From the human T2T-CHM13v2.0 reference genome, Homo sapiens: DNA of 64,000 nt. Below the pieces are notes generated by a model. The model was not told where the DNA came from, did no database searches, and worked only from the letters and a program-made list of their open reading frames with translations. Position numbers and translations under genes: made by a program. Positions within the stretch are counted from its first letter, which is position 1, and the number at the start of each line of letters is the position of its first letter. Below are positions 51,961-64,000 of this stretch, piece by piece. The stretch lies in the NCBI RefSeq assembly GCF_009914755.1, contig NC_060934.1; one strand, given 5' to 3'.

Positions 51961-53329
51961 AGCACAGAATGGCATCATAGACTAAAAAGGGAAAGTCCCT
52001 CCTCCCTCTCCTCCACTCCTGCTTTCCATTTCTTAGATCTTTTCACTTTCCCTCCAATCCCTTCCCCTCTGTTTATATCTGAGTGGGTCAGTTAATTTCT
52101 ATGTATTTACACATATATGTACATGGACTAATATATGCTTACTTTTTTTTGTTTACTATTTTTTCCCCTGGGTTGTGATCCTCCCACCTCAGCCTCCTGA
52201 ATAGCTGGTACGCACCACCACATCCGGCTATTTTTTATTTTTTATAGAGACAGCGTTTCGCTATGTTGCCCAGGCTGGTCTCCAACTCCTAGGCTCAAGG
52301 GATCCTCCCACTTCAGCCTCCCAAAGTGCTGGGATGGCAGGCTGAACCACCACCCCTCGCCATATGTTAGCTTTTTATGTAAACGGAAATATACTGTACA
52401 TATTATTCTACAACTTGCTGCCTTTTTACTCAACACTGTGCCTTCGAGATCTTTCCATGTCAGAGTAACAGGGACAAATCTTAATTATCACAAATCTCAT
52501 CCATACGAAATTATAATTTTCTTCATCCATCCTGTACTTCATTTTACCATTAGCTCAGTTGCTAGCTGAATAGCAGAGGACTTGATCAAGTCTCTTCTAG
52601 ATAAACTTGGTCAAATTCTGAGTTTTCCTTAGCCCCTATTAGGGAAATACTTAATGAAAGTCAAGTCCCCTCCTGCTAGGAGCAACCTGGGATGGGGGTA
52701 GGAGGCTTATGTATTGTGGCTTTGGGATGGAGACTGTGGATGTGTTTTTGGTCTGTTGATCTCCTCAGATTCCCCCCAGGTAACCTCCATCACACCATGG
52801 TCTCTTCCACCGAGGCCCCTGTGCTCTGGAAACTTCTCAGCTTGACTCCAGTTCCCTGTGGGTCTACCCTTCCCTCTCAGCCACCTCTGCCTCCCTGAGA
52901 GATCACAGGGATTTTGGGCTGCCCTTGGCCCTTCCTCCTAGAACCTCAGTCAGCCAGTAACATTGCATGCTCTGGTCCTGCTCTGGTCCTGCTCTGGTTC
53001 TTCTCAGTGGACCTCAGCCTCCTGGGACAAACCTAGTAATCAAGGTCTAGGTCTGCTCTGATGTGGGACACCTCCCGGCCCACACCAGGGCTGATTCTGC
53101 CACTGTCCAACTCTCAGAAACTCTCCCAGCTGCACCCAGAGTGTTCCCTACCTCCCCTTCTAAAAGGCACCACTGACCATCCAAGTATTCATCACAATCT
53201 ATCATTTAAGAATAAGCTTTATGCTCAAAAATCCTTTGGGTACTTGGCTTTTGGCCATACAGAAAGCTTTTGTTCTTTTTTATTTTTAAAAGGTCAGCTC
53301 TTGCAAGGAAAAACCTTGTCTTCCAAGAC

Positions 53330-53790
53330 TATTATCTTCAATAGAAATAATAGTGGCACCTGCTAGAAATGGTGTTGTGAGGATTATGATTAATAGAAAG
53401 CATTTGCAATGGTGCCTGGCACATAGTAAGTGCTCAGTAAACGTTACCCTTTCTACTCATTCATTTAGCAAATGTTTATTGAGCATCTGCTATGTGCCAG
53501 ACCCTGTTTTAAGGACTGGGATAGTGAATAAAACAGATTAAATTACCTGTCCTCATGGAGATTTCAAAGTAAAAAAATACGTAGCATGTTTGATGGGGAA
53601 AATAAGGAGAAACATAAAGTAAGGAAGGTGTTTAGATAGCATGACCAGCAAAAGTCTTGAGGAGGAGACATTTGGGTAATGGCCTGAAGTTGGAAGGGAG
53701 CAGGCCATCCAGGTACCTGTGGGAAGAATATTCCAGGCAAAGTACCTGCAAGTGCAGAGGTTCTGATGCAGAAAGCTTAAAAGGAGTCAC
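53330..53790. mobile_element. MIR (+) tail-to-tail with an L2 3' end (-)
   Basis: gtgcctggcacatagtaagtgctcagtaaa then tcattcatttagcaaatgtttattgagcatctgctatgtgccag. Confidence 0.8.
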
Positions 53791-53808
53791 TAAGAAAGAA
53801 AAACCATG

Positions 53809-54124
53809 GGTTGACTGTGTCTGGTGGCTCATACCTGTAATCCTAACATTTTGGGAGGGTGACGTGGGAAGACTGCTTGAGGCCAGGAGTTCAAGACCAG
53901 CCTGGGCAACATATCAAGACCCTGTCTCTAGAAAAAAATAAAATAATTAGCTGGGTATGGTGGCACACACCTGTAGCCTCAGCTACTCAAAAGGATCACC
54001 TGAGCCCAGGTAGTTGAGGCTGCAGGGAGCCGTGATGACCCCGTGCAGTGAGCCGTGATGGCACCACTGTAATCCAGCCTGGGTGACAGATCAAGAACCT
54101 TTCTCAAACAAAGCAAAACAAAAA
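53809..54124 (+). mobile_element. AluJ with internal deletion and short tandem duplication
   Basis: TSD aaaaaccatgggtt; tgcagggagccgtgatg...tgcagtgagccgtgatg duplicated. Confidence 0.92.
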
Positions 54125-54211
54125 CCATGGGTTTATGTTGCAAAATATTACTTCATTACATTTTTATCTATAAAGGACATCATGTTTAAGCTTCATGATT
54201 TCATTGTCTAG

Positions 54212-54432
54212 GACATGTCAGCAAACTATTTCCTGAGGGCTAAATCCTGCCTGGTTTTGTAAGTAAAGTTTTACAGAAACACAGCCACGTTCATTCATTT
54301 ACGTATTGTCTATAGCTGCTTTCACACCTCAGCAGCAGAGCTGGGTAGCTGAGATAGACCACATGATCTGCAAAGCCTAAAATAACTACTCTTTGGCTCT
54401 TTCTGCAAGAAAGAAAAATTGCCAGCTTCTAG
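54212..54432. mobile_element. MER58A hAT-Charlie element
   Basis: gtcagcaaactattt...taaagttttacagaaacacagccacgttcattcatttacgtattgtctatagctgct. Confidence 0.8.
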
Positions 54433-55236
54433 TATACAGGTAATATTAGTTATTTAATCCCCTAATGTTCAACAAATCACATTAATATTCTTTTGGTTGC
54501 AAGGTTTAGAAATTTGTTTTAAACTAGTTTTTGTAAAATTGGGGAAATTGCTGGCTTATTGAAATGGAAGAGTCAGACATTCCTGGATCTAGAGACTGGA
54601 CAATTGCTTTAAAGATCAACGTTCCCAGCTCTTGATCAGCCTCAGTGTGTGCATTGCTTTCATGTCACACACAAGTTTTCTTCACATCCCAGGGAAGACG
54701 GTCACTGAGAGTCCCTGGCTCCACCACTCTGCAAAGAAAGTTTCTCTGCAATGGTATCCGTCTGTCAGTTCTGCAGCAGTTCTGAGATTGGCCCTATTGG
54801 GATCAGGTGCCCACTCCTGGCCAGGGCCATTTCCCTGTGTTCAGGGAAATGAGATGCTGTGATTGGCCAGGGTTGGGTTCTGTGCTCACCACTGCACCCA
54901 GATGGAGGAAGGAGCTATTGGGATGAACAGTCCCACCATCTCATAATAAGATGGAAAGAGGTGGTTCTCCAAAGCAGGAAATGTTGAGCAGATTATAAAA
55001 CAGCACGTGTAGTGTTTGCAGTTTTTCTCTATTAAAAATGAAGTTTCAGTGAACTGCTTTATATGTCTTTTTATGCAGATGCATTAGTAATTGTTATAGA
55101 TAGGTACTGAAAGGCAGAACTGAGAGGCTATGGAAAATTGCTTTCCAAAAATGATTTACCAATTTACTTTCCAACCATGTATGAAAATGGTCATTTACTC
55201 ACACCCTCACTAACCCTGGATATTATCAGCCTTTGA

Positions 55237-55597
<361 letters not shown>

Positions 55598-55621
55598 GCA
55601 AGGTATCTTTTTATGTCCACT

Positions 55622-56029
55622 GACTGTTGCAGGTCAGGTCCCGGCAAGCAGGCGGAGAGATGGAAATTAGGGTACAGGAAGTTATGAGGAAGTGCTCTCT
55701 TGATTAACACCCAAATTGGGAGGGAAGGAAGCAGGACTGGGCAGAGGAAGAAGTTGGGCTTCTATTTGGTCACAACTAAGGCCTCAGCTGTCCTCCTGGT
55801 GATCTTTGAAGCTAGAATGGTGCTTTCCAGTTGTCCAACTTAGAGCATGGTGATGATGCCAGCATAGCCCTGAGTCCCCAGTTATTGAATGAGGGCAGCC
55901 CTAGGACGCATGCCCTTGGGCAAGGTGAGTCCCTTCCACTGACGGCAACTCCCAGAGAGGATGGACACCCTCAGCAGCTGGGAGAATAAATCCTTCAGTA
56001 CTGGAGCACAGCACAGCATGCGTTACATT

Positions 56030-56030
<1 letters not shown>
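55622..56030. mobile_element. ERVL LTR16-like solo LTR (another ERVL/MaLR-like LTR at ~54495-54990)
   Basis: gagatggaaattagggtacaggaag...gaaggaagcaggactgggcagagg resembles LTR16. Confidence 0.55.
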
Positions 56031-59965
<3,935 letters not shown>

Positions 59966-60269
59966 CAAGCTGATCTTGGCTGTGATTCTTTGTATTTGTC
60001 TTTCTCTCCGGATTTCAGGGTGCCCATTTGCTCTGCAACATCAATTCTCTGAAGAGTTAAAAAAAAAAAGTCATTGATTTTCCATTTCTTCAGCTTTTTA
60101 TCTTATTGTTTATATGGGAGTGATGAGTTCCAATCCATTTACGTACTGGAGCTAAAACCTGATGTCCCAGATCCTGTTTTTAATTCTTCTAGAGATGCAT
60201 TGCCCTTCTTGAATGTGAGATTTTTTTTTTCATTAGCTTCATCTTTATGTCAGCCCCTAAATGAAACTT

Positions 60270-60845
60270 CCAGTTAAGTCCTCTCTTCTGAAGTCCATAT
60301 TCATATATCCAACTGTCTATTTAACTTCCCAATTTGGTGATCTGAGCACAACCTGTTCAGAAAAAAACTCCTGCCCTTCTCCCAATCATGCTTCATCTTT
60401 CTTCTTTCCCATCGTAGGTGAAAAGTGATTTGGATTCCTCTCTCTCTTTCTCAACCACATTCAATCCATCATCAGATCCTCTCTACCCTACCTTCAAGAA
60501 TCTGTCTACATCTCAGTTTTATGCCTTACATCCTTGGTCTAATTCACCCAACATATCTCACACGAATTCATAATCTATCTGGCTTACCTGCTTTTGCTCT
60601 TGTCCTTCACCTCTATATTCTCAACATAGAATCCAGAAGGATATTTTTAGAAGTGTAGGTCAAACTGCATGCTGTTTCTGGAACATTCAGTCATGTTCCT
60701 GCCTCAGACCCTTTGAACTCTGATTTCTCCACTAAGGTCACCTCTCCTGAGATACTTGGATGGCTCACTCTCTCACCTTCTTCATGTCTTTGCCCAAATG
60801 TTATCTTCTCTTAAGGATTTTCCTCTGCACTATATTTAATTTCTG
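60270..60845 (+). mobile_element. L2 fragment
   Basis: catatatccaactgtcta...cacattcaatccatca...cctgcctcagaccctttg. Confidence 0.7.
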
Positions 60846-61589
60846 TACTCTTCGTGTGTCTGAATTTACATTTTATCTTTCTTTATAACTCTCATTCATT
60901 GTGGCTTGTTTCCTCATGCATGTAGGGATTTTTGATTGTGAGAATATGTTCCTTGGAACTTTATATGTTGGAGTTGTTTGAGGCCTATGATTAAAGGATG
61001 TTCCTCTAGGGAGGATTTTTATCTTGGGCCTTTTTGTGTCTCAGAAATATTGTGGATTTGCCTCCCAAGCTGAATGAGTGCATACTTGTGGCTACAACTG
61101 ATTAAGAGACTTTTTGCCCCTCTCTGTTTACCCAGAGCCGAGGTCAAAACAGCCAGAGTCTTTTTCAGTGGGTATCTTTTCTATTCACCCACTTCTGATG
61201 TCATTGTCAGTGGAAGATCCTGGCTTTTGTGGGCAGCCTCCTTCTGACCCTTTACTCTACTTGACTCTCAGATACTGGGCCATCAGGCATCTGCAGATGC
61301 CCTCAGGTTACATGCTGGCTCAAGTGCTTATGAAATCATGACTTCTAGTTCTTTTCGGCCCCTAGTTATTTTCCTTTACTTTCCAGAAGGCCGCAAAACA
61401 TTTCTTGAAGTATATTTTTTTTTCCTATTTTTATCTGTCCTTTAAAAATGGTTCTATACTTGAATGGGCACACCAAGTTTACCAAATTGCTGGAAACAGA
61501 AGTCAGGGGGCAGCATTTAAAAAGATAATGATTTAGAATATAATTTAGGAAGGATACTTAGTCTTCAACAGAATTAATTTAAAAACCAA

Positions 61590-62150
61590 TACCACCTATA
61601 ATCACAGCACTTTGGGAGGCTGAGATAGAAGGACTGCTTGAGACCAGGAGTGCAAGACTAGCCTGGACAACATAACAAGACCCTGTCTCTACAAAAATAA
61701 TTTTTTTTTATTGAGACGGAGTCTCACTCTGTCGCCTAGGCTGGAGTGCAGTGGCGCCATCTCGGCTCACTGCAGCTCCGCCTCCCAGGTTCACGCCATT
61801 CTCCTGCCTCAGCCTCCAGAGTAGCTGGGACTACAGGCGCCCGCCACTATGCCCGGCTAATTTTTTGTATATTTAGTAGAGACAGAGTTTCACCGTGTTA
61901 GCCAGGATGGTCTCGATCTCCTGACCTCGTTGTCCACCCGCCTCAGCCTCCCAAAGTAAAATGATTTTTAAAAAAGTTAGTTGGGTGTGGTGTCACATGA
62001 CTATAGTCCCAGCTACACAGGACACTGAATCGGGAGGACCACTTGAGACCAGGAGTTCAAGACTACAGTGAGCTATGATCACACTCCTGTACTCCAGACT
62101 GGGCGACAGATGGAGACCCTGTCTCAAAAACAACAACAACAAAAAATACA
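61590..62150 (+). mobile_element. AluJ split at its A-rich linker by an inverted AluY (-, 61701-61957)
   Basis: Left J arm 61590-61700, reverse AluY body, right J arm from ~61975. Confidence 0.92.
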
Positions 62151-62320
62151 AAATGATGTGACTGTAAGCTGCACAATGACAAAGACAAAGACAAAATATT
62201 AAAACAGAGAAATAAGGTGACAAAAAAGAATGACAGGTAAACTGATAGTGTATTTATCATTTGCAACATTAGATGCCAGATGACAATGGGAATGCCGTTA
62301 TTAACTTAGCATTCTATTAC

Positions 62321-62621
62321 TGTATTTATTTATATTTTTGAGTCAGAATCTCACTCTGTCACCCAGGGTGGAGTGCAGTAGCATAGTCATGGCTCATCAC
62401 AGTCTCAGACTCTTGGGCTCAAGTGATACTCCTGCCTCAGCCTCGTAAGCAACTGGGACTACAAGCGCATGCCACCACTCCTGGCTAATTAAAAAAAGTG
62501 TTTTTGTACAGACAGAGTCTCATTGCTACCCAGGCTTGTCCCAAACTCCTGGCCTCAAGCCATCTTTCTGCCTTGGCTTCTGGAAGCGCTGGGATTACAG
62601 GTGTGAGCCACCTACCTGGCC
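62321..62621 (-). mobile_element. AluJ
   Basis: Reverse Alu dimer. Confidence 0.9.
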
Positions 62622-63109
62622 AGTTCTAGACTAAACCATACCATATCACTTTCAGCAAATTGGCGCAGATTTAAAAAGTTTAACAATACAAACTGGTGGT
62701 CGTGATATAGGGAAATCAGAACCCTCAGCCACTGCTGGAGTATACATTGGTGATTACATTATAGGGTGATAACATTGGTGCCACTTCTTAGCACAGTTTG
62801 GCAATATCTAGCAAAGCTCAAGGTTTGTATTACCTATGACCTAGCAATTCCAGTTTTCTGGGAATGCTTTTACATCCATCCACAAAAGTGTATACAAAGG
62901 TGTACACTGCGGGCTTACATAATGGCAAAAAATTAGAAGCAACCTAAGCGGTCAGTAGTAGGAGACAGGACCACTGAATTCAATACTTCACAGCAGCTAA
63001 AATGAATGAACTTCATCATATGCTTTCAAGTGAATACAGCATGGCTATTTTATTTTGAATTTTAAAAATATTGCAGAAAGATATATATTTATGTAAATTT
63101 AAAATTTTA

Positions 63110-63608
63110 TGTTGTAGGGGATCAGAACATGCCAGCTGAAAATATGCCATTGTGGCATAAGAATTATTTTGAGCCAAAGGTAGCTAAGAGGGCAGTAGAC
63201 ATAAGAAAATAAAGCTCTGTGCCCTCTCCTATCTGACTTAAAGCAGAACATAAATTCCCATTTGTTAAGGTGTCTCCCTCTCCCTTATCAGAAAGAGAAC
63301 CACTCTTAATCCCCAGAAGTCTTAGTCACCAGAGATGACTCTAGACTCCAAGTATCAGCTCAGACAGGAATCTGTATGACAAACCTTATAAAACAATCCT
63401 CATCCTTCATTAATTTCCCCTATATACTTACCTTCTTGTAGTTTGCCACCCCTAAGAACCTAAACCCTTTTTCCTTTAGTCTTTTCACTTCTCTACAAAT
63501 TTATTGTTTTTTGTTAAGATGCTCTATGTCAGTTTACTTTTCTGGGCCCCAGATGCCAAAACTAAGAGGGTAGAGAAAAAAGGTTTCTTTCCCCTCGTCC
63601 CCCGCACA
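63110..63608 (+). mobile_element. ERV1-class solo LTR (MER34/MER39-like) within an L1ME fragment (~62640-63110)
   Basis: tgtaggggatcagaacatgccagctgaaaatatgcc...ttattttgagcc; ends ...cccccgcaca. Confidence 0.7.
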
Positions 63609-63635
63609 ATGTAAATCTTAAAAATGCACATAATA

Positions 63636-63925
63636 GGCCAAGCGTCATGGTTCACACCTGTAATCCCAATATTTGGGGAGGTCAAAGCATGAGGATCACA
63701 CAAGGCCAGGAGTTCGAGATCAGCCTAGGCAACATAGTGAGACCCAGTCTCTACAAAAAATTTAAAAATTAGCCAGGCATGGTAGTGAGTGCCTCTAGTC
63801 CCTCGGGAGGGACTGAAGCAGGAGGATCCCTTGAGCCCAGGAGCTCAAGGCTGCAGTGAAGATGATATCACTGTACTCCAGCCTGGGTGACAGAGATCCT
63901 GTCTCCAAAAAAACAACAAAAAAAT
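63636..63925 (+). mobile_element. AluJ
   Basis: Dimeric Alu. Confidence 0.92.
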
Positions 63926-64000
63926 CAACCTACATATTAATTACAGAAACACATATATGTAAAAAAAGTATAAAAACAGGGTGGGAAATTTATCATTTTA

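Overview
Human/primate genomic DNA containing the 5' end of PIP4K2A (phosphatidylinositol-5-phosphate 4-kinase type 2 alpha) on the minus strand. A CpG-island promoter (~40.2-42.25 kb) holds coding exon 1 (41184-41327, 48 codons, [48 protein letters not shown]) ending at a canonical GTAAGG donor. Bases 1-41183 are part of the very long intron 1 (no further exon recognised) and ~41.6-64 kb is upstream flank. The rest is mostly interspersed repeat: ~30 Alu/FLAM/FRAM copies (mostly AluJ), L1M and L2 fragments, MIRs, an ancient CR1/L3 remnant, THE1/MLT1/MER34-like/LTR16-like LTRs, DNA-transposon fossils (MER1A, MER2/Tigger, MER58, MER6, MADE1, MER5/MER3) and microsatellites. Apart from exon 1, ORFs in the track are repeat-derived or chance. 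I found no convincing novel multi-gene system. The most interesting items are an 89-bp near-perfect local duplication that looks like a templated insertion into an L2, a tailless 34-nt U2 snRNA retrocopy with 18-bp target-site duplications, a 9-codon uORF overlapped by a candidate RNA G-quadruplex in the 5'UTR, a sense-oriented THE1 LTR with a mutated polyA signal, and a miR-548-like MADE1 hairpin. Repeat names and boundaries are by-eye matches to remembered consensus sequences and are approximate unless TSDs are quoted.
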